A stretch of DNA of 64,000 nt from an uncultured cyanobacterium (GTDB lineage Bacteria > Cyanobacteriota > Cyanobacteriia > Phormidesmidales > Phormidesmidaceae), in assembly GCA_963793265.1 (NCBI GenBank), contig CAWBZI010000004.1, positions 128,001-192,000 on the forward strand. The letters run 5' to 3'. Below, piece by piece: positions 10,181-19,737 of this stretch (position 1 is the stretch's first letter; the number at the start of each line of letters is the position of its first letter). Made by a program: the position numbers and the translations under genes. Under the pieces are notes generated by a model. It searched no databases. It had not been told where the DNA came from and saw only the letters and a program-made list of their open reading frames with translations.

Positions 10181-11092
10181 TTAGAACTCACCGATAATCT
10201 TGACTTCTGTCTCTAGTTCAATGCCGTTTCGATCGCGAATAACGGCCTGTGTATGACGAATGAGCGCTAGAACGTCGCTGGCTTTGGCTCCCCCTAAGTT
10301 CACAATAAAGTTGGCGTGTAGCGTAGAGGTTTGCGCCTGGCCGATTTGATTTCCTTTAAGCCCGGCTTGCTCGATTAGGCGTCCGGCGCTATTGCCGGGA
10401 GGATTGCGGAAGACGCTGCCACAGTTAGGTAGGTGGTAGGGCTGGGTTTGGCGACGAGATTTTAGGTCGGTGGCGGTGGCGGCTTTGATGGTGGCTGGGT
10501 CGTGGCCGGGGCTGAGCTGAAAGGTGGCGGAGAGGACGGTGCGATCGCCCCCCTGCAAGTCAGACGTACGGTAGCGAAACCCTAAGTCTTCTGGCTTCAG
10601 AATTGAAACCTCGCCATTAGGACTAATCACTTCGGCTTCAACTAAAATATCAGCAGTTTCGCCACCGTGAGCGCCCGCGTTCATCACGACCGCGCCGCCG
10701 ACCGTGCCGGGAATGCCAATCGTCCATTCAAAGCCTTTGAGGCCATGGCGCGCGGCTTTCCACGCCAGCGAAGACCAGGGCTCACCAGCCGCGGCAGTGA
10801 CTCGGCCCGTGGTGGCATCGAATGTGCTGTGGCGTAGGGCGCGGGTGCAGATAACCAGGCCACGTAGACCTGCATCGCTAATCAGAAGGTTAGATCCAGC
10901 GCCTAGTATTGTGATCGGCCAGCCTTTTTCCTGCGCGTATTGAATGGCGAACTTGAGCTGCTCTGGCGTTTTAGACAGCGTTAGACAATCGGCATTGCCA
11001 CCAACTCGAAAGGTGGTGAGCTTTGCTAGCGGTGCTTCATAGCTAAATCGGCCCATCATCGTCCTGGTGACAGGAACGCTGTGTGTAGTCAT
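10181..11092 (-). CDS. murB: UDP-N-acetylenolpyruvoylglucosamine reductase
   Basis: TTFRVGG, LGAGSNLL, GIPGTVGGAVVMNAGAHG, CGSVFRNP, HANFIVN, LETEV. Confidence 0.97.
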   Translation of the reverse strand: MTTHSVPVTRTMMGRFSYEAPLAKLTTFRVGGNADCLTLSKTPEQLKFAIQYAQEKGWPITILGAGSNLLISDAGLRGLVICTRALRHSTFDATTGRVTAAAGEPWSSLAWKAARHGLKGFEWTIGIPGTVGGAVVMNAGAHGGETADILVEAEVISPNGEVSILKPEDLGFRYRTSDLQGGDRTVLSATFQLSPGHDPATIKAATATDLKSRRQTQPYHLPNCGSVFRNPPGNSAGRLIEQAGLKGNQIGQAQTSTLHANFIVNLGGAKASDVLALIRHTQAVIRDRNGIELETEVKIIGEF

Positions 11093-11124
11093 TTGCTTTG
11101 AAAAAATAGGTGAGCGATTCGGTT

Positions 11125-12588
11125 TTAGGTTAAGGCGGCTTCGGGCTGCGGTGCGTTTTGGTAGGCTTCCATGACTTCGGGGATGACCTGATTAAGGTTG
11201 CCTGCGGTGAGGAAGATGACGATATCGCCGGGGTTGAGACTGGTTTTAAGGGCTTGTTTTACGGCGTCTATGCTGCCGTGGTATTCGGTGTTTGGCTGGT
11301 GCTGGGCGATCGCTTCGGTTACCTGCTCGCCGGTAATGCCGCTGGTGTTCGTTTCTCCGGCGCTGTAGATGTCGGTGACTAGAACCCGATCGGTGCCTGT
11401 AAAGGATTTTGAGAACTCGTCGAGTAGGATGGCCGCGCGGCTGTAGCGGTGAGGCTGAAAGACGGCGACGACTTTACGGGGGAGTCCAGACGCTAAGGGT
11501 TCGGTGCGCTGCACTTGGGCGGCAGCTAAGGTGGCCTGAACTTCGCTGGGGTGGTGGGCGTAGTCGTCAATAAATAAAATGTCGTTGTAGCAGCCGCGAT
11601 GCTCGAACCGGCGGGCCGCGCCGCCAAAGTTGGGGAGGTGGGTGGCGATCGCCTCAAAGCTCACGTCGAGATGGCGGGCCACAGCGACAGCGGCTAAAAC
11701 GTTGCTAAGGTTATGCAAGCCCAATAGCGGCGCGGTGAGGGTGCCGAGGGTTTTACCGCGCTCAATGATGTCGGCGGTGGTACCGGTGGCGTTTTCGCGA
11801 ATATTGGTGGCGATGTAGTCCGCGCCAGAGTTTGCTTCTAGGCTGTAGGAGATGTCGGGGGTGAGGCGATCGCGCACGGTCGGGCAGTCAATCGAGCCAA
11901 TCACCGTTTCGCACTGTTTGGCGAACTTATCAAAGATTTCGACGACCTGATCGAGGCTGCTGTAGTGGTCGGGGTGGTCTAGCTCGACGTTGGTAATCAC
12001 GCCGATGTAGGAGGAGAGCTTAACCAGTGAGCCGTCAGATTCATCGGCTTCAGCGACAACGTAATCACTCTGGCCGACGTAGGCGTTGCCTGACCACGCG
12101 CTGACTTCGCCGCCGATAATGATGGTCGGATCGACGCCTGCTTTGAGGAGGATGTAGCCGGTGATGCTGCTAGTGGTGGTTTTGCCATGGGTGCCTGCGA
12201 TCGCAATTCCTTTTTTCTCGTTCATCAGCGCCGCGAGAATATCGGAGCGATGAAAAATGGGACAGCCCAGGGCTAGGGCTTCTTTATACTCAGGGTTGTC
12301 TTTGCTAATCGCGGTAGAACAAACGACCTGCGGCAGCTTTTGAGTTCTGCGGCCCAAGCTATCAGGCGCAGACTGGCCTGTAAAGAAAGATAAATTTTCG
12401 GCCTGCTGCTGATTGAAAATGTGAGCGCCGTTTGTTTCTAGGCGCTGAGTGATATGGCTCAAGCGCAAATCTGAGCCTGAGACGGGCAGTTCTCTGCAAG
12501 CGAGCACATGAGCTAGGGCCGACATCCCGATTCCACCAATCCCAATAAAATGAAATGGCTTACCGCTGAAATCCACTGAATTCAGCAT
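11125..12588 (-). CDS. murC: UDP-N-acetylmuramate--L-alanine ligase
   Basis: HFIGIGGIGMSALA, AGTHGKTTT, EADESDGS, DDYAHHPSE, FQPHRYSR; ATG at 12588 preferred over 12696. Confidence 0.97.
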   Translation of the reverse strand: MLNSVDFSGKPFHFIGIGGIGMSALAHVLACRELPVSGSDLRLSHITQRLETNGAHIFNQQQAENLSFFTGQSAPDSLGRRTQKLPQVVCSTAISKDNPEYKEALALGCPIFHRSDILAALMNEKKGIAIAGTHGKTTTSSITGYILLKAGVDPTIIIGGEVSAWSGNAYVGQSDYVVAEADESDGSLVKLSSYIGVITNVELDHPDHYSSLDQVVEIFDKFAKQCETVIGSIDCPTVRDRLTPDISYSLEANSGADYIATNIRENATGTTADIIERGKTLGTLTAPLLGLHNLSNVLAAVAVARHLDVSFEAIATHLPNFGGAARRFEHRGCYNDILFIDDYAHHPSEVQATLAAAQVQRTEPLASGLPRKVVAVFQPHRYSRAAILLDEFSKSFTGTDRVLVTDIYSAGETNTSGITGEQVTEAIAQHQPNTEYHGSIDAVKQALKTSLNPGDIVIFLTAGNLNQVIPEVMEAYQNAPQPEAALT

Positions 12589-12825
12589 GTTTAACTTCCT
12601 CTCAAGCCTTAGCACGTCACTATAATCAGGCGTATCATACCAGGAATCTTCAGCCACTCGGTAACATCGGCCACACCCGCCTTGCAAACCTATCAAGAAC
12701 TTTAGAGGGACGGCAATGCGATATGATGATTACGCTTAATCAGGACTTTATTCGCATTAAAGTCTTTACTTAACATTTTCTTGACATCCCTTTTATTTCT
12801 TCTAGAGACACGAGGTTAACGCGCA

Positions 12826-13842
12826 GTGGTTAGAGTAGCGATCAATGGTTTTGGACGTATCGGTCGGAACTTTTTACGGTGTTGGTTGACCCGTGAAAAC
12901 AGCAATTTGGAGCTGGTTGCTGTAAACAACACTTCAGATCCCAGAATCAATACCCATTTGTTGAAGTACGATTCTTTGCTCGGACGTTTGGATGCCGACA
13001 TTTCTTACGATGCCAACACCATGACGGTGAACGGCAACGTAATCAAATGCTACTCCGACCGCAACCCCAGCAATCTTCCTTGGAAAGACTGGGACATTGA
13101 CTTGGTAATTGAGTCTACGGGCGTCTTTAACAGCGAAGAAGGCGCATCTCGCCACATTGAAGCAGGTGCGAAAAAAGTATTGATTACCGCCCCTGGTAAG
13201 GGCGGACACGTGGGCACCTATGTGATGGGTGTAAACGATCAGGACTACGAGCACGACAAGCAAAACGTGGTCAGCAACGCGAGCTGTACGACAAACTGCC
13301 TGGCTCCTGTGGTGAAGGTGATTAACGATAACTTTGGCATCGTTAAAGGCACCATGACGACGACGCACAGCTACACGGGCGACCAGCGGATTTTGGATGC
13401 GAGCCACCGCGATTTGCGCCGGGCTAGAGCTGCGGCTGTGAATATCGTGCCAACGACAACGGGTGCGGCTAAGGCCGTGGCTTTGGTAATTCCTGAGATG
13501 GCTGGCAAGCTGAACGGAATTGCGCTGCGCGTACCGACGCCTAACGTTTCGATTGTTGACTTGGTGGCTCAAGTTAAGAACAAGACGATTACTGAAGAGC
13601 TGAACGAAGTGCTTAAGAAGGCGTCTGAAACGACGATGAAGGGCATTTTGGGCTATACCGATGAGCCTTTGGTTTCGGTTGACTTCCGTAAGACGAATGA
13701 GTCGGCTACGATTGACTCGCAGCTATCGCTGGTGATGGATGGCGATATGATTAAGGTGATTGCCTGGTATGACAACGAGTGGGGCTATTCTCAGCGCGTT
13801 GTTGACTTGGCTGAGCTGGTGGCTTCTAAGTGGCCTAGCTAG
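12826..13842 (+). CDS. gap2: NAD(P)-dependent glyceraldehyde-3-phosphate dehydrogenase (Calvin-cycle type)
   Basis: [56 protein letters not shown]. Confidence 0.96.
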   Translation: MVRVAINGFGRIGRNFLRCWLTRENSNLELVAVNNTSDPRINTHLLKYDSLLGRLDADISYDANTMTVNGNVIKCYSDRNPSNLPWKDWDIDLVIESTGVFNSEEGASRHIEAGAKKVLITAPGKGGHVGTYVMGVNDQDYEHDKQNVVSNASCTTNCLAPVVKVINDNFGIVKGTMTTTHSYTGDQRILDASHRDLRRARAAAVNIVPTTTGAAKAVALVIPEMAGKLNGIALRVPTPNVSIVDLVAQVKNKTITEELNEVLKKASETTMKGILGYTDEPLVSVDFRKTNESATIDSQLSLVMDGDMIKVIAWYDNEWGYSQRVVDLAELVASKWPS

Positions 13843-13879
13843 GCTTCTAATAGCTGTTAGCCTCGAATAATTGAAGATG

Positions 13880-13912
13880 AGCAGGTGTTTTGATAGCGCC
13901 TGCTTTTCTTTT
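13880..13912 (+). terminator. Intrinsic terminator after gap2
   Basis: Hairpin AGCAGGTGTT-..-TAGCGCCTGCT followed by TTTCTTTT. Confidence 0.7.
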
Positions 13913-14016
13913 GCGCTGGGCGCGTTTGATCTGAGTTAAATAAGAGAGAATTGGAGGAAGAGGTTTTTATTGGCTTTGGCTTGGGGTTGAGATTTTGATG
14001 GTGACAGGTTATCAGT

Positions 14017-14170
14017 GTGAGCTGCCGAGCCCTCATCCCTAGCCCTTTAAAGACACAACTTAGTGACACCTTGGTAGCATAGTGCGTTTTCCCGAGGGGA
14101 GAAGGGAACCGGACTCTGAAGTCCCTCTCCCCTCGGGAGAGGGATTTAGGGTGAGGGCTCGGCAACTTAC
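14017..14170. repeat. Cyanobacterial palindromic intergenic element (CCCTCTCCC..GGGAGAGGG type) carrying a ~41-bp nested insertion
   Basis: Imperfect terminal IR GTGAGCTGCCGAGCCCTCATCCCTA / TAGGGTGAGGGCTCGGCAACTTAC; intact hairpin TCCCTCTCCC-CTC-GGGAGAGGGA; the other hairpin is split by extra sequence. Confidence 0.8.
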
Positions 14171-14249
14171 GTCACAGGCAACACACCCTAAATCGAATCT
14201 GATAGAGTGCTCGGCAATCTTGTAGTTTTTTATATTCCTAGTTTCATTT

Positions 14250-15872
14250 GTGTCTAATTCTGTCTTCTCGCTTGAGAAATGTCTGTTTACGCCTGCGGGT
14301 CTTGCTGATAATGCGATACCTGTTATTTTTGCGTTCCCGAATGAATACAGCGTAGGAATCACAAGCTTGGGCTATCAGGTGGTGTGGGCGATGCTCTCTG
14401 AGCGGCCTGATATAGACGTGAGCCGGTTATTTACGGATGTGCGCGAGACGCTGCCTGCTCAAGCTGAGCTGATGGGATTCTCGCTTTCGTGGGAGCTGGA
14501 CTACGTTAATGTGCTGAACCTATTGGAAGATCAGCAAGTGCCGCTTCGGGCGACAGAGCGGACAAATGATCACCCTTTAGTGTTCGGCGGCGGGCCGGTT
14601 TTGACGGCGAATCCTGAGCCGTTTTCGGCCTTTTTTGATGTGGTTTTGCTGGGCGATGGCGAAACGCTGCTGGATGACTTTTTGGATGCGTATCAAACGG
14701 TGCGAGACGCTGATCGGATGGTACAGCTTAAGACGCTGGCGCAGGTGCCGGGGGTGTATGTACCGGCGCTGTATGCGGTGACGTACGAAAGTGCTGATGG
14801 GCCGCTGGCGTCTATTTTGCCGGTTGATAGCGATGTGCCTGCAACGGTGAAAAAGCAGACCTATCGGGGGAATGTGCTGTCGGCTTCGACGGTGGTGACC
14901 GAGAAGGCGGCCTGGGAAAATATTTTTATGGTGGAGGTGGTGCGGAGCTGCCCGGAGATGTGTCGGTTTTGTTTGGCGAGCTATCTAACGCTGCCGTTTA
15001 GGGCGGCGAGTGTGGAGGCGTCTTTAATACCAGCGATTGAGCGGGGGTTAGAGAAAACGCGGCGGCTGGGGCTACTGGGCGCTTCGATTACGCAGCACCC
15101 TGAGTTTGAGGCGCTGCTGGACTATATCAATCGGCCTGAGTATGACGATGTGCGGGTGAGCATGTCGTCGGTGCGAACGAACACAATTAACCAAAAGCTG
15201 GCGGAGACGCTGGTGAAGCACGATGCGCGGTCGGTGACGATTGCGATTGAGAGCGGCTCGCAGCGGGTGCGGGATATTGTGAACAAGAAGCTGGATACGG
15301 ATGAGATTGCGGCGGCGGCGGAGCAGGCGAAGGCGGGCGGGCTGAAGGCGCTGAAGCTGTATGGGATGGCGGGAGTGCCGGGTGAGACTGAAGACGATTT
15401 GATGCAGACGGCTGAGCTGATGATTGGCTTAAAAAAGCGGGTGCCGGGGCTGAGGTTTACGTTGGGGTGCTCTACGTTTGTGCCGAAGGGGCATACGCCG
15501 TTTCAGTGGTACGGGGTGAACCGTAAGGCCGAGAAGCGGCTGAAGTTTTTGCAGAAGCAACTGCGGCCTGCGGGGATTGATTTTCGGCCTGAGAGCTATA
15601 GCTGGTCGGTGATTCAGGCTTTGATTTCGCGGGGCGATCGCCGCCTGGCAGATCTGCTAGAACTCACCCGCGGCTATGGCGATACGCTGGGCAGCTATCG
15701 GCGGGCGTTTAAGGCGCTAAAGGGGACGCTGCCGCCGTTGGATTTTTATGTGCATGATGAATGGGCGCGCGATCGCGTTTTACCCTGGGAGCATTTGGAG
15801 GGGCCGCTGCCAAAGTCAACGCTGGTGAAGCATTTGGCTGAGGCGCAGGTGTTTATGGCTGAGGCAAGCTGA
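14250..15872 (+). CDS. B12-binding-domain-type radical SAM protein
   Basis: FPNEYSVGITSLGYQ, GGGPVLTANPEP, CPEMCRFC motif, FVPKGHTPFQW. Confidence 0.88.
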   Translation: MSNSVFSLEKCLFTPAGLADNAIPVIFAFPNEYSVGITSLGYQVVWAMLSERPDIDVSRLFTDVRETLPAQAELMGFSLSWELDYVNVLNLLEDQQVPLRATERTNDHPLVFGGGPVLTANPEPFSAFFDVVLLGDGETLLDDFLDAYQTVRDADRMVQLKTLAQVPGVYVPALYAVTYESADGPLASILPVDSDVPATVKKQTYRGNVLSASTVVTEKAAWENIFMVEVVRSCPEMCRFCLASYLTLPFRAASVEASLIPAIERGLEKTRRLGLLGASITQHPEFEALLDYINRPEYDDVRVSMSSVRTNTINQKLAETLVKHDARSVTIAIESGSQRVRDIVNKKLDTDEIAAAAEQAKAGGLKALKLYGMAGVPGETEDDLMQTAELMIGLKKRVPGLRFTLGCSTFVPKGHTPFQWYGVNRKAEKRLKFLQKQLRPAGIDFRPESYSWSVIQALISRGDRRLADLLELTRGYGDTLGSYRRAFKALKGTLPPLDFYVHDEWARDRVLPWEHLEGPLPKSTLVKHLAEAQVFMAEAS

Positions 15873-15874
15873 GT

Positions 15875-16159
15875 CTACGAGTCGCCGGTCATTTGGGCGG
15901 GCTGTAGGTTTTTGATGAATTCTTTTTCTTGGGCTTTTTCTGCTTTGGCTGCGGCTGCGCTGACTGCTTGCTGATGGTTTTTGGCGGCGCGGAGCTTGCT
16001 GCTAATGATGAAGGGAAGCGTGATGGGCCAGAGGATTGTGGAAATTGCGATGAATGCCCAAGCTCTGAGGCTCATCTTTCGAGTGGCACGATCTCTTAAG
16101 AAGGCGCTTAAGATAATCGCAAAGGTGATGGTGGCAACAGTCAAATACGTGGTAGTCAT
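15875..16159 (-). CDS. Small hypothetical membrane protein
   Basis: Two hydrophobic segments ending ILWPITLP; ATG at 16159 preferred. Confidence 0.6.
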   Translation of the reverse strand: MTTTYLTVATITFAIILSAFLRDRATRKMSLRAWAFIAISTILWPITLPFIISSKLRAAKNHQQAVSAAAAKAEKAQEKEFIKNLQPAQMTGDS

Positions 16160-16277
16160 TGACTTAAAGAAGAAGGGTTGAATGGTATAGAATTCCCAGC
16201 GAACCGGGAACAATCAGCGCTGGATTTAGAAAACTTGATATATTTTCTGTTTTAGCACGTTGCTATGGGTTTTACAG

Positions 16278-17331
16278 CTACGACGGACGGTGTGTGAAGT
16301 GTATTTCTGCTAATACGTGACGTAGCTTTTGGGCGGCTTGCTCAGGCGAGAGGCCAGTAACGTCCACTTCGTGAACAGGGCGATCGCGCTGCTCTAATCC
16401 ATAGCGATAGGCGCGGTCGTAGTAGTCGAGAGTGATCGTGACGGCGCTGGCCAAATCACCTGATTGAATGTGGGCGATCGCGGCTTGCGTTCTATCACCG
16501 CCAAGTCGTTTCCGAATCCGTTCAGTGGCAGCGACTAGCTCATCGCGATCGGCTTGACCATAAATGTCTACTAGCAGCGCAACTCTTTCGGCTACCGGGC
16601 GCGTAATTTCAAGGGCAAACGCACTTTCCATTTGCTCGAATAGCTCGGGCGGCACCCGGCAAGATCCGACGCTGCGGCTCTCGGCTTCTATCCAAATCGG
16701 ACGCTGATTGTCAAAGGTATCCCATTCGGTTGCGACCTTATTTTCAAAGTGTTCGGTGCTGGGCTGAGGAGGCAAACACAGCGCGCCATAGCTGCTACCT
16801 CGATGATTAGCGTGGCCTTCAAGATCGAGCACTTGTTCGCCTTGGGCTTTGAGTGCGTGGAGGATGTCTGTTTTGGCGGTGCCGGTCATGCCGCCTAGGA
16901 TGATGATCTTTTTGGGTGTGCTGACGGTGTTGCGAACCCACTGGCGGAAGGTTTTGTAGCCGCCTTGGAGGGTGATGGTTTGGAAACCTGAGAGGTTGAG
17001 CATCCAGGCGATCGCACCACTTCTCATGCCGCCACGCCAGCAGTGAATGCGAATGACTCTATCAGGGGCAATCTTTTTGGCGGTGCGGATCATCTCGCCA
17101 AATTTTGGCCCGGCAATGTCGAAGCCGAGTTCTACGGCCTGCTCACGGCTTTTTTGTTTGTAGCAGGTGCCGACTCGCGCTCGTTCGTCGTCGTTGAAAG
17201 AGCGGAAAGCTGATAGCTCCGGGAATGTGGCCCTGTTTGTATTCGCCTGGCGATCGCACGTCCAAAATGGGGCCGGGGGCCTCAAGAAATTCATCGATTG
17301 TGAGCTGAGGCGTAGCGGGCGCTTGGGACAC
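16278..17331 (-). pseudogene. mnmH: tRNA 2-selenouridine synthase split by a +1 frameshift (sequencing error, pseudogene or programmed shift)
   Basis: GTG at 17331 gives rhodanese ILDVRSPGEYKQGHIPGAISFPLF. The protein continues in another frame as NDDERARVGTCYKQ..HCWRGGMRS..GMTGTAKT..ANHRGS. Length 1054 = 351 codons + 1 nt; the extra base lies at about 17196-17199. Confidence 0.9.
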
Positions 17332-17361
17332 AGGTGCTTTTCTCTTAACCTTTGGCGGACG

Positions 17362-19677
17362 TTACTCGATTGTAAGGGGTTTAGCGATGGGTTTAGATTC
17401 ATGCGCTGAGCTAACTTGACCGATGCAGCGGCTGTAGCTGTAGCCCAGTCGCTTTAGTTCGTCTATGCAGGAGGCTACCTGTTCTGTTGGAATGCTAGCG
17501 AGCAAGCCGCCAGAGGTTTGTGGATCGAAGAGGGCTTGAAAGTTAGGAGAGGAAAGATGGGTGGTGTGGGTTTGGATGCGGGCGATCGCACTCTGTTTAT
17601 TTCGCTCATGCAGTGTACTAACAAGCCCTTTCTGCAAAGTGTCTTTTGCGCCAGGCAATCGCTCAATCGCTTCTAAATCAAGCGTAACGTTAACCTTCGA
17701 GGCAGTGACCATTTCTAACAGATGGCCAGCCAGCCCGAACCCGGTGACATCGGTACAGGCGGTGGCCCTATAGGCTCTGAGGCAGTCGGCGGCATTTTGA
17801 TTGGATTGCAGCATACTTTCAATGGCGCTTTCAATCCAGCGACCTTTGGCCTGACGCTGCATGTCGGCGGCGAAGAGGGTGCCAGTGCCAAGGGCTTTGG
17901 TGAGAATGAGAGACTGGCCGGGCTGAAGCCCGCTTTTGCGCCATATTTGGTCGGGATCTATCCAGCCGTTGCAGGCGAAGCCGAGGGCCAGTTCGGGGCC
18001 TTCGGTGGTGTGTCCGCCGACGAGGAAGGTTTTGGATGGGGCGATCGCAATAGACACCCCAGAAAGGAGCTGATAAAGGATTTCTTCTTGTTTGGCGTCG
18101 GTGCCGTAAGGAACGGTGGCTAAGGCTAAAACGCTGTGGCTAGTCGCGCCCATGGCAAACAGATCGCTGAGGCAGTGGTTAACGCAGATTTGTCCAAAGA
18201 TAAAGGGGTCGTCTACGAGGGCGCGGAACTGATCGACGGTATGGACGTTGAGTTTTCCAGATGGCGTTTTGATGATGGCAGCATCGTCGGGCGCGTCTAG
18301 ACCCGCGTAAATATTGTTGCGATCGGGCCAGTCTTCATTAGCGGGGGCTTCGGCGCGAATGCGGGTAAGTGCGCGGGTAAGTACCTGTTCTCCTACTTTG
18401 GAGCCACAACCAGAGCAGTGCATTCTGGATGTTTCTAATGAATCTCCTTTTGGTAAGGATGTTGCTAAGCGCTCTCTAGAATTTTGAGCTGCCTGCATGT
18501 CAGGAAACTCTGAAAATAAGCTCATGAACTTATGATCAATTCTGTTCTTCCAAGATCTGCACCATTTGGCTCTGACTGCGAATGGCCCCCAAGATGCGAT
18601 AGACGTTTCGGTGTCGGTGTCAATAATGTTGAGATAGCGGCTTTGAGGTCTGAAGGGTTTGAGCGGCTGATCGGTGACGTATCGCTTTAAGTTTTTGTAG
18701 AGCGGCGGGCCCTGGCGAACGGCAAATACGCCTGCTTTCGGGCGCTTGTGGTTGACCATAGTCGCTACGTCACCGGCTGCAAAGATGTTGGGGTGAGAGA
18801 GGGTTTGCAGGGTGTCTTTGACGGCGAGAAAGCCGCTGTCTGTGAGGGTGAGGCCGCTTTCTTTTAGCCAGGGAGGGGCGCTGGCGTTAGTGACCCAGAA
18901 GGTGCGATCGCACTCCACCGTCAGCCCAGAATCACAGCGCACCGAATTTGCAGTTACCTCACACACATTCTCTTCGGTGTGCACCTGAATACTTCTCTCG
19001 CGGCACATCTTCTCAACCATCCACTGCGTTAGCCGGTTGCGGCCTTTGGCTAAGTGTGGGCCACGTTGAAAAATATGAACAGCAATCTGCCCGGCAGGAG
19101 CTTGAGCGTAGTCTTTAATTAGGTGATGCAAGCGAACCTGCATGGCAAAGGCCATTTCTACACCACCGACGCCGCCGCCTACAATGCTGACGACAGCAGG
19201 CGCTTTCGGATCTTTTGAAAGTCTCTTTTTGAGCGTATCAAGATAGCTTTCCCAGGCTTTCAACAGCTTGGGTACAGGTTTAGCAGGAATGGCGTGTTCG
19301 GCTGCGCCAGGGACTTGAGACTTGGTAGGTGTGCTACCGATGTCTATAGAGAGCGCGTCGTATGCGATGGGCGGGTGATTTTTGCAAATCACTTTTTGCC
19401 CGCTGCTATCTAGCCCAATCATCTCGTCCATAATCAGCCGACAGTTGGCAAAGCGCGTCAGCGGTCTGAGGTCGATATGGGCGGTATCAAAGTCGTAAAG
19501 GCCCGAGATGTGGCAGGGCAACATGCCTGAGTAGGGCGTGTCGGCCAGGTTGGTAATTAGCGTGAGGCGGACGTCAGCAGGCCAGGGGTTCATGCCCATT
19601 TTGCGCAGCACGAGCGCGTGGCTGTGACCCCCACCGACTAGGACAAGATCTTGAGTGATGGGGGGAGCAGGTTGCAT
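17362..19677 (-). CDS. selD: Selenide,water dikinase SelD fused to an N-terminal FAD/NADH oxidoreductase domain
   Basis: LVLVGGGHSH, FAAGD, PKAGVFAVRQG; SelD part MHCSGCGSKV, DDAA, VGGHT, TDVTGFGLAGHL, DPQTSGGLL; ATG at 19677. Confidence 0.93.
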   Translation of the reverse strand: MQPAPPITQDLVLVGGGHSHALVLRKMGMNPWPADVRLTLITNLADTPYSGMLPCHISGLYDFDTAHIDLRPLTRFANCRLIMDEMIGLDSSGQKVICKNHPPIAYDALSIDIGSTPTKSQVPGAAEHAIPAKPVPKLLKAWESYLDTLKKRLSKDPKAPAVVSIVGGGVGGVEMAFAMQVRLHHLIKDYAQAPAGQIAVHIFQRGPHLAKGRNRLTQWMVEKMCRERSIQVHTEENVCEVTANSVRCDSGLTVECDRTFWVTNASAPPWLKESGLTLTDSGFLAVKDTLQTLSHPNIFAAGDVATMVNHKRPKAGVFAVRQGPPLYKNLKRYVTDQPLKPFRPQSRYLNIIDTDTETSIASWGPFAVRAKWCRSWKNRIDHKFMSLFSEFPDMQAAQNSRERLATSLPKGDSLETSRMHCSGCGSKVGEQVLTRALTRIRAEAPANEDWPDRNNIYAGLDAPDDAAIIKTPSGKLNVHTVDQFRALVDDPFIFGQICVNHCLSDLFAMGATSHSVLALATVPYGTDAKQEEILYQLLSGVSIAIAPSKTFLVGGHTTEGPELALGFACNGWIDPDQIWRKSGLQPGQSLILTKALGTGTLFAADMQRQAKGRWIESAIESMLQSNQNAADCLRAYRATACTDVTGFGLAGHLLEMVTASKVNVTLDLEAIERLPGAKDTLQKGLVSTLHERNKQSAIARIQTHTTHLSSPNFQALFDPQTSGGLLASIPTEQVASCIDELKRLGYSYSRCIGQVSSAHESKPIAKPLTIE

Positions 19678-19737
19678 AGGTATAGAATGTTGCGAGCACT
19701 TTCTATCCATTCTATTTACTCGAACGCCAGGTTGCTG

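Noticed and set aside
13857..14362. ORFs 13857..14165 and 14060..14362
   Set aside because: Translations of the palindromic repeat and terminator (PSPHPKSLSRGERDF), not real proteins
17332..17402. 374-aa ORF 16278..17402 as the full mnmH
   Set aside because: Its first ~68 residues are not rhodanese-like; the real N-terminus is in the 17143..17331 frame
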